NCBI RefSeq assembly: GCF_003334785.1
Contig: NZ_QOWV01000003.1
Reading direction: 5' to 3' (one strand)
DNA from: Escherichia coli
Lineage (GTDB): Bacteria > Pseudomonadota > Gammaproteobacteria > Enterobacterales > Enterobacteriaceae
Length of the DNA stretch: 64,000 nt
Shown: piece after piece, positions 11,130 through 28,966 of the stretch
How positions within the stretch are numbered: the stretch's first letter is position 1
Layout: every line of letters begins with the position of its first letter
The notes under the pieces: generated by a model
Seen by the model: only the letters and a program-made list of their open reading frames with translations
The model's database searches: none
Told to the model about the DNA's origin: nothing
Made by a program: the position numbers and the translations under genes

Positions 11130-11768
11130 CTATGCTTCCGGTGGCAGACAGACGCCAATTCCGCCAATTCCACAGTAACCATACGGGTTTTTATGCAGAT
11201 ATTGCTGGTGGTCATCTTCGGCATAATAAAACGGTGTGGCGTTAGCGATTTCCGTGGTGATGTGACGATCATCATCGGCGGCAAGCATCGCCGCCTGAAA
11301 ACGTTCCAGACTGGCGCGAGCTGCGGCATCCTGTTCTGGGGTCAGCGGATAAATCGCTGAACGATACTGCGTGCCGTGGTCATTGCCCTGACGCATTCCC
11401 TGGGCGGGATCGTGATTCTCCCAAAATACCTGTAGCAACTGCTCATAGCTGATGACGGAAGGATCGTAAACAATGCGTACCGCTTCGGCATGACCCGTAT
11501 CACCGGAGCACACTTCCCGATAAGTCGGATTTGGCGTATAGCCTCCGGTATAGCCTGCGGCGGTGCTGTAAACGCCGGGTAACTGCCAGAACAGACGCTC
11601 CACACCCCAGAAACAACCCATCGCAAAAATGGCAATCTCCATTCCGTCAGGTACATTGGTCATTGAGTGACCGTTGACCGCATGCAGCGTGGCTACGGGC
11701 ATCGGGGTGTTACGTCCAGGCAGGGCATCGGCGGGGGAAACCAGATGCTTTTTATCAAATAAACTCAT
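11130..11768 (-). CDS. msrA: peptide methionine sulfoxide reductase A
   Basis: 212 aa from the ATG at 11768 ([19 protein letters not shown]...); catalytic GCFWG motif. Confidence 0.93.
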
Positions 11769-11931
11769 GGTGTCGCTCTCCCGAAAATCGGTCATTGGGG
11801 TTAAGGTTGTAACAAGAGGCGTATTTGCACACAATAACCACCGTGAATAGGTCTAAAGTAAAACATAAGAAATATTTGGGGTTTAGTCTGCTTTTTAATC
11901 CATATTACTGGATTTTTGTTAAGCCGTTTAA

Positions 11932-17483
<5,552 letters not shown>

Positions 17484-17485
17484 CA

Positions 17486-17827
17486 ATGCGAATATTTGTC
17501 TACGGCAGTTTACGCCACAAACAAGGCAACAGTCACTGGATGACCAATGCCCAGTTACTGGGCGATTTCAGTATCGATAACTACCAGTTGTATAGCCTGG
17601 GCCACTATCCAGGCGCAGTTCCGGGGAACGGAACAGTACACGGTGAAGTTTATCGTATTGACAACGCCACGCTGGCCGAACTTGATGCCTTGCGCACCAG
17701 GGGCGGTGAATACGCGCGCCAGTTGATTCAGACGCCGTACGGGAGTGCATGGATGTACGTTTATCAACGACCCGTCGATGGATTAAAGCTAATTGAAAGC
17801 GGCGACTGGTTAGACAGGGATAAGTAA
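17486..17827 (+). CDS. ytfP: gamma-glutamylcyclotransferase-like protein
   Basis: 113 aa; MRIFVYGSLRHKQGNSHW (AIG2/GGCT fold YGSL motif); starts 3 nt after the tamB stop. Confidence 0.9.
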   Translation: MRIFVYGSLRHKQGNSHWMTNAQLLGDFSIDNYQLYSLGHYPGAVPGNGTVHGEVYRIDNATLAELDALRTRGGEYARQLIQTPYGSAWMYVYQRPVDGLKLIESGDWLDRDK

Positions 17828-17835
17828 TAATAAAA

Positions 17836-17864
17836 GCACGCCACCTTCGGGTGGCGTTGTTTTA
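17836..17864 (+). terminator. rho-independent terminator after the tamAB-ytfP operon
   Basis: cgccacc-ttcg-ggtggcg hairpin followed by ttgtttt. Confidence 0.65.
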
Positions 17865-18149
17865 TGCGATGTATCTCGCGATTTTTTTTTGTAACTTTTC
17901 CATCTTTTGCTTTTCTCTCCGAGCCGCTTTCCATATCTGCAATCGCATAAAAAACTCTGCTGGCGTTCACAAATGTGCAGGGGTAAAACGGGGGCACGCT
18001 TTGAACGGTGAGTATGAGTGAGGTCGGCTAACTTCCAGCAAGTGGCTATGAACAGCAAAATGGTGGTCGGGTTTGCTTGTTCTTACCGTTCAAGCCTTGC
18101 AACCGCTGAGAATAATGATGGTGGAATAGAGAGTTTATTTATCGCGGGC

Positions 18150-18190
18150 ATAAAAAAACCCTTACTAACCGAAGCCCGGCGTTCAGGGTT
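18150..18190 (-). terminator. rho-independent terminator of ppa
   Basis: minus-strand aaccctgaacgccgggcttcggttagtaagggtt hairpin followed by ttttttt. Confidence 0.65.
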
Positions 18191-18206
18191 ATTGCGCTAG
18201 AAGAAC

Positions 18207-18737
18207 TTATTTATTCTTTGCGCGCTCGAAGGAAGCAACGATTTCAGCTTTAGCGGCTTCTGCGTTTTCCCAACCTTCAACTTTCACCCACTTGCCTTTT
18301 TCGAGGTCTTTGTAGTGCTCGAAGAAGTGAGCGATCTGCGCTTTCAGCAGCTCTGGCAGATCGTTAACGTCTTTAATGTGATCGTATTCTTTGCTCAGCT
18401 TTGTGTGCGGAACAGCAATCAGTTTCGCATCTTCACCGGCTTCGTCGGTCATTTTCAGAACGCCAACCGGACGGCAACGGATCACAGAACCCGGCTGCAG
18501 CGGGTACGGAGTCGGGACCAGTACGTCAACCGGGTCACCGTCCAGAGACAGGGTGTGGTTGATGTAACCGTAGTTGCACGGATAGAACATCGCGGTGGAC
18601 ATGAAGCGGTCAACGAACAGTGCGCCGCTCTCTTTGTCGATTTCGTATTTGATCGGATCTGCGTTAGCCGGGATCTCAATAACAACGTAGATGTCTTCCG
18701 GCAGATCTTTACCCGCAGGGACGTTGAGTAAGCTCAT
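18207..18737 (-). CDS. ppa: inorganic pyrophosphatase
   Basis: 176 aa; [34 protein letters not shown]... family-I PPase. Confidence 0.95.
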   Translation of the reverse strand: MSLLNVPAGKDLPEDIYVVIEIPANADPIKYEIDKESGALFVDRFMSTAMFYPCNYGYINHTLSLDGDPVDVLVPTPYPLQPGSVIRCRPVGVLKMTDEAGEDAKLIAVPHTKLSKEYDHIKDVNDLPELLKAQIAHFFEHYKDLEKGKWVKVEGWENAEAAKAEIVASFERAKNK

Positions 18738-19046
18738 GTCTGTTTCCTTTAAAAATATGTGGCAAACAAGTGCCGAGTATTATAGCCAACTCGCGCCGAA
18801 TGTCTTCGCTTGTTTTCGTCTTCATTTTCCTTTTTCGCCAATTTTAAGACGGTATACAGAGCAGGAAAATCCATAACCGTAGCCGCATTTTTCATAGTGA
18901 GATGAAAGCGATTACAAACTTGTGATTAACGTTTTATTTACTTCTTTGAAGTGTGATGTAACGCAATCCGTTACATAACGAATTGTCTATAGTTTTTTCG
19001 CGAACATCTTTTCACCAATAATAATTACCCCGACGAGGACAACCCT

Positions 19047-20003
19047 ATGTGGAAACGCTTACTTGTAGTCTCTGCAGTCTCGGCAGCCATGTCGTCTATG
19101 GCGTTGGCCGCTCCATTAACCGTAGGATTTTCGCAGGTCGGATCGGAATCTGGCTGGCGCGCCGCAGAAACCAATGTGGCGAAAAGTGAGGCCGAAAAAC
19201 GCGGAATTACGCTGAAAATTGCCGATGGTCAGCAAAAGCAGGAAAACCAGATTAAAGCGGTACGTTCCTTCGTCGCGCAAGGGGTGGATGCGATCTTTAT
19301 CGCTCCGGTGGTTGCGACTGGTTGGGAACCGGTATTAAAAGAGGCGAAAGATGCCGAAATCCCGGTCTTCTTGCTCGATCGTTCTATTGATGTGAAAGAC
19401 AAATCTCTCTATATGACCACCGTCACTGCCGACAACATTCTCGAAGGCAAGTTGATTGGTGACTGGCTGGTAAAAGAAGTGAATGGCAAACCATGCAACG
19501 TGGTGGAGCTGCAGGGCACTGTTGGGGCCAGCGTCGCCATTGACCGTAAGAAAGGCTTTGCCGAAGCCATTAAGAATGCGCCAAATATCAAAATTATCCG
19601 CTCGCAGTCAGGTGACTTCACCCGCAGTAAAGGCAAAGAAGTCATGGAGAGCTTTATCAAAGCGGAAAACAACGGCAAAAACATCTGCATGGTTTACGCC
19701 CATAACGACGACATGGTGATTGGTGCAATTCAGGCAATTAAAGAAGCGGGCCTGAAACCAGGCAAAGATATTCTGACAGGTTCTATCGACGGCGTACCGG
19801 ATATCTACAAAGCGATGATTGATGGCGAAGCGAACGCCAGTGTTGAACTGACGCCGAATATGGCAGGTCCCGCCTTCGACGCGCTGGAGAAATACAAAAA
19901 AGACGGCACCATGCCTGAAAAGCTGACGCTGACCAAATCCACCCTTTATCTGCCTGATACCGCAAAAGAAGAGTTAGAGAAGAAGAAAAATATGGGGTAT
20001 TGA
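19047..20003 (+). CDS. ytfQ: ABC transporter periplasmic sugar-binding protein (galactofuranose in K-12)
   Basis: 318 aa; signal peptide and periplasmic binding fold; first gene of ytfQRT-yjfF. Confidence 0.93.
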   Translation: MWKRLLVVSAVSAAMSSMALAAPLTVGFSQVGSESGWRAAETNVAKSEAEKRGITLKIADGQQKQENQIKAVRSFVAQGVDAIFIAPVVATGWEPVLKEAKDAEIPVFLLDRSIDVKDKSLYMTTVTADNILEGKLIGDWLVKEVNGKPCNVVELQGTVGASVAIDRKKGFAEAIKNAPNIKIIRSQSGDFTRSKGKEVMESFIKAENNGKNICMVYAHNDDMVIGAIQAIKEAGLKPGKDILTGSIDGVPDIYKAMIDGEANASVELTPNMAGPAFDALEKYKKDGTMPEKLTLTKSTLYLPDTAKEELEKKKNMGY

Positions 20004-20010
20004 GGGTTGC

Positions 20011-20117
20011 TATGCCTGATGCCGATTCGTAGGCCGGATAAGGCGCTCGCGCCGCATCCGGCGGTGGTGCGCTGAAGCCTGATGCGACGCTTACCGCGTC
20101 TTATCATGCCTACTGGG
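20011..20117. repeat. REP/BIME element
   Basis: gcctgatgccgattcgtaggccggataaggcgctcgcgccgcatccggc ... gcctgatgcgacgcttaccgcgtcttatcatgcctac. Confidence 0.6.
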
Positions 20118-20142
20118 AGCACGCTTTACACCGGGGGAAACC

Positions 20143-21645
20143 ATGACGACTAACCAACACCAGGAGATCCTCCGCACCGAAGGATTAAGTAAATTTTTCC
20201 CCGGCGTCAAAGCGTTAGACAACGTTGATTTCAGCCTGCGCCGCGGCGAAATCATGGCGCTGCTCGGTGAAAACGGGGCAGGAAAATCAACGCTAATCAA
20301 AGCATTAACTGGTGTATACCACGCCGATCGCGGCACCATCTGGCTGGAAGGCCAGGCTATCTCACCGAAAAATACCGCCCATGCACAACAACTCGGTATC
20401 GGCACCGTCTATCAGGAAGTAAACCTGCTACCCAATATGTCGGTCGCTGATAATCTATTTATAGGCCGCGAACCCAAACGCTTCGGCCTTCTACGCCGCA
20501 AAGAGATGGAAAAGCGCGCCACCGAACTGATGGCATCTTACGGTTTCTCCCTCGACGTGCGCGAACCGCTCAACCGCTTTTCAGTCGCGATGCAGCAAAT
20601 CGTCGCTATTTGCCGGGCTATCGATCTCTCTGCCAAAGTGCTGATCCTCGATGAACCCACCGCCAGTCTCGACACCCAGGAAGTGGAGTTACTGTTTGAC
20701 CTGATGCGTCAGTTGCGCGATCGCGGCGTCAGCCTGATTTTTGTCACTCACTTTCTCGATCAGGTCTATCAGGTCAGCGATCGGATCACCGTCTTACGCA
20801 ACGGCAGTTTCGTAGGCTGTCGGGAAACGTGCGAGCTACCGCAGATCGAACTGGTAAAAATGATGCTGGGGCGCGAGCTGGATACCCACGCGCTACAGCG
20901 TGCCGGGCGAACATTGTTGAGCGACAAACCCGTTGCCGCGTTCAAAAATTACGGCAAAAAAGGAACGATCGCACCGTTTGATCTCGAAGTACGCCCCGGC
21001 GAGATCGTCGGTCTGGCTGGATTGCTGGGATCAGGACGTACCGAAACCGCCGAAGTGATCTTCGGTATCAAACCTGCTGACAGCGGCACGGCGTTGATCA
21101 AAGGCAAACCGCAAAACCTGCGATCGCCACATCAGGCTTCGGTACTGGGCATTGGCTTCTGCCCGGAAGACAGGAAAACCGATGGCATCATCGCTGCCGC
21201 CTCGGTGCGGGAAAATATCATCCTCGCTCTCCAGGCCCAGCGCGGCTGGCTACGTCCCATTTCCCGCAAAGAACAGCAAGAGATTGCCGAACGCTTTATC
21301 CGCCAGCTTGGCATTCGCACACCTTCAACTGAACAACCGATTGAATTTCTCTCTGGCGGCAATCAGCAAAAAGTGTTGCTTTCACGTTGGCTACTGACCC
21401 GACCGCAATTTCTGATCCTTGATGAGCCAACTCGCGGCATTGATGTTGGTGCCCACGCCGAGATCATCCGCCTGATTGAAACGCTATGCGCCGATGGTCT
21501 GGCGCTGCTGGTGATCTCCTCCGAACTGGAAGAACTGGTGGGCTATGCCGACCGGGTGATCATCATGCGCGATCGCAAACAGGTGGCGGAGATCCCGCTG
21601 GCAGAGCTTTCCGTTCCGGCGATCATGAACGCCATTGCGGCGTAA
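20143..21645 (+). CDS. ytfR: ABC transporter ATP-binding protein with duplicated ATPase domains
   Basis: 500 aa; two Walker A motifs (GENGAGKST, GLLGSGRTE) and two LSGG-type signatures. Confidence 0.93.
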   Translation: MTTNQHQEILRTEGLSKFFPGVKALDNVDFSLRRGEIMALLGENGAGKSTLIKALTGVYHADRGTIWLEGQAISPKNTAHAQQLGIGTVYQEVNLLPNMSVADNLFIGREPKRFGLLRRKEMEKRATELMASYGFSLDVREPLNRFSVAMQQIVAICRAIDLSAKVLILDEPTASLDTQEVELLFDLMRQLRDRGVSLIFVTHFLDQVYQVSDRITVLRNGSFVGCRETCELPQIELVKMMLGRELDTHALQRAGRTLLSDKPVAAFKNYGKKGTIAPFDLEVRPGEIVGLAGLLGSGRTETAEVIFGIKPADSGTALIKGKPQNLRSPHQASVLGIGFCPEDRKTDGIIAAASVRENIILALQAQRGWLRPISRKEQQEIAERFIRQLGIRTPSTEQPIEFLSGGNQQKVLLSRWLLTRPQFLILDEPTRGIDVGAHAEIIRLIETLCADGLALLVISSELEELVGYADRVIIMRDRKQVAEIPLAELSVPAIMNAIAA

Positions 21646-21655
21646 GGAGAACAGT

Positions 21656-22681
21656 GTGATGCCTCAATCTCTCCCGGACACTACGCCGCCGAAAAGGCGC
21701 TTTCGCTGGCCAACGGGAATGCCGCAGCTGGCGGCACTGTTGCTGGTGCTGCTGGTCGATAGCCTGGTGGCCCCGCATTTCTGGCAGGTGGTGCTCCAGG
21801 ATGGGCGTTTATTCGGTAGCCCCATAGACATTCTTAACCGTGCGGCCCCCGTTGCGCTGTTGGCTATCGGAATGACGCTGGTGATCGCAACAGGTGGGAT
21901 TGATCTCTCCGTGGGGGCGGTGATGGCTATCGCCGGAGCCACAACGGCTGCGATGACGGTCGCGGGATTCAGCCTGCCGATTGTTTTGTTAAGCGCCCTG
22001 GGCACTGGCATCCTGGCGGGATTGTGGAACGGCATACTGGTAGCGATCCTCAAAATTCAGCCGTTTGTTGCCACCCTGATCCTGATGGTCGCCGGGCGCG
22101 GCGTGGCGCAACTGATCACCTCCGGACAGATCGTCACGTTTAACTCGCCGGATCTCTCATGGTTTGGCAGTGGATCGCTGTTGTTCCTGCCAACGCCGGT
22201 CATTATCGCGGTGCTGACGCTTATCCTGTTCTGGCTGTTGACCCGCAAAACGGCGCTGGGGATGTTTATCGAAGCCGTTGGTATCAACATTCGGGCGGCA
22301 AAAAATGCCGGGGTAAACACGCGGATCATCGTCATGCTTACCTACGTGTTGAGCGGGCTGTGTGCGGCGATTGCGGGCATTATCGTGGCGGCGGATATTC
22401 GCGGTGCCGATGCCAATAACGCCGGGTTATGGCTGGAGCTGGACGCCATTCTCGCGGTGGTTATTGGCGGCGGATCGCTGATGGGCGGACGTTTTAACCT
22501 ACTGCTTTCGGTGGTGGGGGCGCTGATTATTCAGGGGATGAACACCGGAATTTTGCTTTCGGGCTTTCCGCCAGAGATGAACCAGGTTGTAAAAGCGGTG
22601 GTGGTTCTTTGCGTGCTGATTGTCCAGTCGCAACGCTTTATCAGTCTGATTAAAGGAGTACGTAGCCGTGATAAAACGTAA
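21656..22681 (+). CDS. ytfT: ABC transporter permease
   Basis: 341 aa from GTG 21656 (or ATG 21659) after an aaggaga RBS; multi-transmembrane. Confidence 0.88.
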   Translation: MMPQSLPDTTPPKRRFRWPTGMPQLAALLLVLLVDSLVAPHFWQVVLQDGRLFGSPIDILNRAAPVALLAIGMTLVIATGGIDLSVGAVMAIAGATTAAMTVAGFSLPIVLLSALGTGILAGLWNGILVAILKIQPFVATLILMVAGRGVAQLITSGQIVTFNSPDLSWFGSGSLLFLPTPVIIAVLTLILFWLLTRKTALGMFIEAVGINIRAAKNAGVNTRIIVMLTYVLSGLCAAIAGIIVAADIRGADANNAGLWLELDAILAVVIGGGSLMGGRFNLLLSVVGALIIQGMNTGILLSGFPPEMNQVVKAVVVLCVLIVQSQRFISLIKGVRSRDKT

Positions 22682-23663
22682 TTTGCCACTGATGATCACC
22701 ATCGGCGTCTTTGTGTTGGGTTATCTTTACTGCCTGACCCAGTTTCCCGGTTTTGCTTCCACAAGAGTGATCTGCAATATCCTGACCGATAACGCCTTTC
22801 TTGGGATCATTGCCGTTGGCATGACCTTTGTGATCCTCTCCGGTGGGATCGATCTCTCCGTCGGTTCGGTGATCGCCTTTACTGGCGTGTTTCTGGCAAA
22901 AGTGATTGGCGATTTCGGCCTCTCGCCGCTACTGGCGTTTCCGCTAGTGCTGGTGATGGGCTGTGCCTTCGGCGCATTTATGGGGCTTTTGATCGACGCC
23001 CTGAAGATCCCGGCATTTATCATTACCCTGGCGGGGATGTTCTTTTTGCGCGGTGTCAGCTATCTCGTTTCGGAAGAGTCGATTCCGATAAACCATCCCA
23101 TTTATGACACGCTCTCAAGCCTTGCGTGGAAAATCCCTGGCGGCGGTCGCTTAAGTGCGATGGGACTGCTGATGTTGGCGGTGGTGGTTATCGGTATTTT
23201 CCTCGCGCATCGTACCCGTTTTGGTAATCAGGTATACGCCATTGGCGGCAACGCAACGTCGGCGAACCTGATGGGGATTTCCACTCGCAGCACCACTATT
23301 CGCATTTATATGCTCTCCACCGGACTGGCAACGCTGGCGGGGATTGTCTTCTCGATTTATACCCAGGCCGGATATGCGCTGGCGGGCGTAGGTGTGGAAC
23401 TGGATGCTATCGCCTCAGTGGTAATTGGCGGTACGCTTCTGAGCGGTGGCGTTGGAACGGTATTAGGGACGCTTTTTGGCGTGGCGATTCAGGGGCTAAT
23501 ACAGACTTATATCAACTTTGATGGCACGCTGAGCTCATGGTGGACGAAAATCGCCATCGGTATTTTGTTATTTATTTTTATAGCATTACAGCGTGGATTA
23601 ACGGTGCTGTGGGAGAATCGTCAGAGTTCGCCTGTGACAAGAGTCAACATTGCGCAGCGATAA
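22668..23663 (+). CDS. yjfF: ABC transporter permease
   Basis: 331 aa multi-transmembrane; 14-bp overlap with ytfT. Confidence 0.9.
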   Translation: MIKRNLPLMITIGVFVLGYLYCLTQFPGFASTRVICNILTDNAFLGIIAVGMTFVILSGGIDLSVGSVIAFTGVFLAKVIGDFGLSPLLAFPLVLVMGCAFGAFMGLLIDALKIPAFIITLAGMFFLRGVSYLVSEESIPINHPIYDTLSSLAWKIPGGGRLSAMGLLMLAVVVIGIFLAHRTRFGNQVYAIGGNATSANLMGISTRSTTIRIYMLSTGLATLAGIVFSIYTQAGYALAGVGVELDAIASVVIGGTLLSGGVGTVLGTLFGVAIQGLIQTYINFDGTLSSWWTKIAIGILLFIFIALQRGLTVLWENRQSSPVTRVNIAQR

Positions 23664-23690
23664 AAACGCCTCTCCGTGTGGAGAGGCGCA
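23661..23690 (-). terminator. terminator hairpin between convergent yjfF and fbp
   Basis: cgcctctcc-gtgt-ggagaggcg perfect stem; U-tract on the minus strand. Confidence 0.55.
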
Positions 23691-23695
23691 GGAGA

Positions 23696-24694
23696 TTACG
23701 CGTCCGGGAACTCACGGATAAAGCGTTCGACATCTTCAACCATATGGTCGTTGCCGACAAAGAACGAACGGCGCTGGTGCAGAGTTTCCGGGATGATATC
23801 CAGAATACGCTCTTTGCCATCGCTCGCTTTACCGCCCGCTTGTTCCGCCAGGAATGCCATCGGGTTGCACTCATACAGCAAACGCAGTTTGCCGTCCGGG
23901 TGGCTGGCGGTGCTTGGGTAGAGATAAATACCGCCTTTCAGCAGGTTACGGTGGAAATCCGCGACCAGTGAACCGATATAACGTGAGGTATAAGGGCGGT
24001 TGGTGGACTTATCTTCTTCCTGGCAGAATTTAATGTACTTCTTCACCCCGTTCGGAAACTTAATGTAGTTTCCTTCGTTGATGGAGTAGGTTTTGCCTTT
24101 CTCCGGGAAGCGCATCCGTTCCTGGCACAGACAGAAAACGCCCAGCGAAGGATCGTAAGTAAAGGCGTGAACACCGCATCCGGTGGTGTAAACCAGCATG
24201 GTAGAGGAGCCGTATACCACGTAACCTGCCGCAACCTGTTTGTTACCAGGCTGGAGGAAATCTTCTTCCGTTACCGGCGTGCCAACAGGCGTAACGCGGC
24301 GGTAGATGGAGAAAATGGTACCGACAGAGACGTTAACATCGATGTTGGACGAGCCATCCAGTGGGTCCATCAGCACCACGTATTTTGCGTGTTCACAGCC
24401 TTCAAAGACGACAATCTCATCTTCTTCTTCAGAGGCAATGCCCGCAACGATATCGCGTGCTTTCAGTGCGGCTTTCAGTTTTTCATTAGCGAACAAGTCG
24501 AGTTTCTGCTGAACCTCGCCCTGCACGTTCTCAGCACCGCTGGCACCCAGGATATCAACCAGTCCTGCTTTGTTGATATCGCGATGGATAATCTTGGCGC
24601 CCAGTTTTATTGCCGACAGCAAAGCAGTGAGCTCACCGGTAGCATGAGAAAACTCGTGCTGCTTTTCGACAATAAATTCACCTAACGTTTTCAT
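23696..24694 (-). CDS. fbp: fructose-1,6-bisphosphatase class I
   Basis: 332 aa from the ATG at 24694 ([23 protein letters not shown]...). Confidence 0.95.
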
Positions 24695-24869
24695 AAAACT
24701 TTCCCTGCAATGTTTATGGAGTAAAGCGACCGCAACAATCTTAACAAATAATCTCAATGTTGCGCTCAGGTGAATCGCGCCAGCAAATTGCGGATTATCC
24801 TGAAATGCGTTTCTCACTTGCCCGACATATGCGTAAAATGAGCGGCAGATTAAAAAAGGATAGTGACGT

Positions 24870-26243
24870 ATGCGCATTCATATTTTAGGAATTTGTGGCA
24901 CGTTTATGGGCGGTCTGGCGATGCTGGCGCGCCAGTTAGGCCATGAAGTAACGGGTTCGGACGCCAATGTGTATCCGCCGATGAGCACCTTACTTGAGAA
25001 GCAAGGCATTGAACTGATTCAGGGTTACGATGCCAGCCAGCTCGATCCGCAGCCGGATCTGGTGATTATTGGCAACGCCATGACCCGTGGAAATCCGTGT
25101 GTGGAAGCGGTACTGGAAAAAAACATCCCTTATATGTCAGGTCCACAGTGGCTGCACGATTTTGTGCTGCGCGACCGCTGGGTGCTGGCCGTTGCCGGTA
25201 CACATGGCAAAACCACCACCGCGGGAATGGCAACCTGGATTCTGGAACAGTGCGGTTACAAACCGGGATTTGTGATCGGCGGTGTGCCGGGGAACTTTGA
25301 GGTTTCGGCGCGTCTGGGCGAAAGCGACTTCTTTGTTATCGAAGCGGATGAGTATGACTGCGCCTTCTTCGACAAACGCTCTAAATTTGTCCATTACTGC
25401 CCACGTACGCTGATCCTCAACAACCTTGAGTTCGATCACGCCGATATCTTTGACGACCTGAAAGCGATCCAGAAACAGTTCCACCATCTGGTGCGTATCG
25501 TTCCGGGGCAGGGCCGTATTATCTGGCCAGAAAACGACATCAACCTGAAACAGACCATGGCGATGGGCTGCTGGAGCGAGCAGGAGCTGGTGGGTGAGCA
25601 GGGGCACTGGCAGGCGAAAAAGCTGACCACCGATGCTTCCGAATGGGAAGTTTTGCTGGATGGCGAAAAAGTGGGCGAAGTGAAATGGTCGCTGGTAGGC
25701 GAACATAATATGCACAATGGCCTGATGGCGATTGCGGCGGCTCGCCATGTTGGTGTAGCGCCGGCAGATGCCGCTAACGCGCTGGGTTCGTTTATTAACG
25801 CTCGTCGCCGTCTGGAGTTGCGTGGTGAAGCGAATGGCGTCACGGTATATGACGATTTTGCCCATCACCCAACGGCGATTCTGGCAACGCTTGCGGCGCT
25901 GCGTGGCAAAGTTGGCGGTACGGCGCGCATTATTGCCGTGCTGGAACCGCGCTCGAATACCATGAAAATGGGGATCTGCAAAGACGATCTGGCACCTTCA
26001 TTAGGTCGTGCCGATGAAGTCTTCCTGCTGCAACCGGCGCATATTCCGTGGCAGGTGGCAGAAGTGGCAGAAGCCTGCGTTCAGCCTGCACACTGGAGTG
26101 GCGATGTGGATACGCTGGCAGATATGGTGGTGAAAACCGCTCAGCCTGGCGACCATATTCTGGTGATGAGCAACGGCGGTTTTGGTGGGATCCATCAGAA
26201 ACTGCTGGATGGTCTGGCGAAGAAGGCGGAAGCCGCGCAGTAA
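24870..26243 (+). CDS. mpl: UDP-N-acetylmuramate:L-alanyl-gamma-D-glutamyl-meso-DAP ligase (murein peptide ligase)
   Basis: 457 aa; Mur ligase motifs (GTHGKTTT). Confidence 0.93.
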
Positions 26244-26249
26244 TTCGGC

Positions 26250-26375
26250 CTTAGCCTGATATAGTGTGCGTAGGCCGGATAAGGCGTTCACGCCGCATCC
26301 GGCATTTGAGCATAGTGCCTGATGCGACGCTTGATGCGTCTTATCAGGCCTACAGGTGCACCGCATCCGGCAAAC
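26250..26375. repeat. REP/BIME element
   Basis: gcctgatatagtgtgcgtaggccggataaggcgttcacgccgcatccggc ... gcctgatgcgacgcttgatgcgtcttatcaggcctac. Confidence 0.6.
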
Positions 26376-26398
26376 CATACTCACATCAACAACGAAAA

Positions 26399-26950
26399 TT
26401 ACCCTTCATTCTCCGCCAGTTCGCGCAGATACTGGAAAATCTGGCGTGCGGATTTCGGCGGCTTATTCCCTTCTTTCTCTTTCTTCGCGTTGCGGATCAG
26501 AGTACGCAGTTGCTGACGATCGGCATCGGGCCACAGATTTAATACCTCAGCGATGGCGTCATCACCTTGATCGATCAGACGATCGCGCAGGTTTTCCAGT
26601 TTATGGAACAGCACCACCTGCTGGTTGTGACGGTTTTTCAGCTTATCCAGCGCCTGACGAATAGGCTCTACGTCGCGCTGGCGCAGCATCTTACCGATGA
26701 GCTGCAACTGGCGGCGGCGACCTTCCATCTTAATACGCTGGGCGAGCTCAATAGCCGCGCGCAGATCCGCATCTAACGGGATCTTATCCAGCGCGTTTTT
26801 CCCCAGATCAACAATTTCCGCGCCAAGGCGTTTTAGCTCCTCGGCATCACGTTTAATTTCACTTTTACTGACCCAGATAATTTCATCGTCTTCGTCTTCG
26901 ATGTCATCACCGGGAACGTCGTCGAGCCAGTCTTCGGGCTGCTTAGTCAT
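26399..26950 (-). CDS. yjgA: DUF615 ribosome-associated protein (YjgA/DarP)
   Basis: 183 aa; acidic N-terminus [23 protein letters not shown]; synteny. Confidence 0.9.
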
Positions 26951-27044
26951 CTCAGGCTCCTTAAAAAAAAGAGGCTAATGTTACCAGTTAAGATGCGCAC
27001 TGAAAAACGGTTCTCTGTTAGACTTCAGAGAAACTCTCTACATT

Positions 27045-28397
27045 ATGGCACTTGCAATGAAAGTAATCTCTCAAGTTGAAGCGCAGCGCAAGATTCTGGA
27101 AGAAGCAGTTTCCACTGCGCTGGAGTTGGCCTCAGGCAAATCGGACGGTGCGGAAGTTGCCGTCAGCAAGACCACCGGCATTAGCGTAAGCACGCGTTAT
27201 GGTGAAGTGGAGAATGTTGAATTCAATAGCGATGGCGCGCTGGGGATCACTGTTTATCACCAGAACCGCAAAGGTAGCGCATCATCCACCGATTTAAGCC
27301 CGCAGGCCATTGCCCGTACTGTACAGGCGGCGCTGGATATTGCCCGTTATACCTCGCCAGATCCCTGTGCCGGCGTGGCAGACAAAGAGCTGCTGGCCTT
27401 TGACGCACCAGATCTCGACTTGTTCCACCCTGCGGAAGTTTCCCCGGATGAAGCCATTGAACTGGCGGCCCGCGCAGAACAGGCGGCATTGCAGGCGGAC
27501 AAACGCATCACCAATACCGAAGGTGGCAGCTTTAACAGCCACTACGGTGTCAAAGTTTTTGGCAACAGCCACGGCATGTTGCAGGGTTACTGCTCAACGC
27601 GTCATTCGCTCTCCAGCTGTGTAATTGCCGAAGAAAATGGCGATATGGAGCGTGATTACGCCTACACCATTGGTCGTGCGATGAGCGATCTGCAAACGCC
27701 AGAGTGGGTTGGGGCCGACTGTGCTCGCCGTACTTTATCGCGCCTGTCACCGCGTAAACTCTCCACCATGAAAGCGCCGGTCATTTTTGCCAATGAAGTG
27801 GCAACCGGGCTTTTTGGCCATCTGGTGGGGGCGATAGCGGGTGGATCGGTTTACCGTAAATCCACCTTCCTGCTGGATTCGCTGGGTAAACAAATTCTGC
27901 CGGACTGGCTGACCATTGAAGAGCATCCGCATCTGCTGAAAGGGCTGGCATCGACGCCATTTGACAGCGAAGGTGTGCGCACCGAGCGTCGCGATATTAT
28001 TAAAGATGGCATCCTGACTCAGTGGCTGCTGACCAGCTACTCGGCGCGGAAACTGGGGCTGAAAAGCACCGGACATGCGGGCGGTATTCACAACTGGCGG
28101 ATTGCCGGACAAGGGCTAAGCTTCGAACAAATGCTCAAAGAGATGGGTACCGGGCTGGTGGTGACGGAGCTGATGGGCCAGGGCGTGAGTGCCATTACCG
28201 GTGATTATTCCCGTGGTGCAGCGGGCTTCTGGGTAGAGAATGGCGAAATTCAGTATCCGGTTAGCGAAATCACCATCGCAGGTAATTTAAAAGATATGTG
28301 GCGCAATATTGTCACCGTCGGTAACGATATTGAAACACGCAGTAATATACAGTGTGGTTCTGTGCTGTTGCCGGAGATGAAAATCGCCGGGCAGTAA
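27045..28397 (+). CDS. pmbA: metalloprotease PmbA (TldE)
   Basis: 450 aa; PmbA/TldD-family; synteny. Confidence 0.93.
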
Positions 28398-28576
28398 AAA
28401 ACTGGCGCGACCTGCCGCGCTATAAACTAAAAAATTACACAAAATCATTCGCACTGCATCGAGACGGAAAGTGAATGAGGGCCGGGGAGCGTACTCGCAG
28501 TACGTGACCCGGGCGAATGAGCGTAGCCGTCGATGAGGCAGTGTGAAGGATGAAGTGTAAATAAAAAAGGAAGTGA

Positions 28577-28966
<390 letters not shown>

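Noticed and set aside
18018-18200. 60-aa ORF in the ytfP-ppa gap
   Set aside because: No RBS, overlaps the ppa terminator hairpin, no recognisable features; the interval is better explained as an empty chpSB site.
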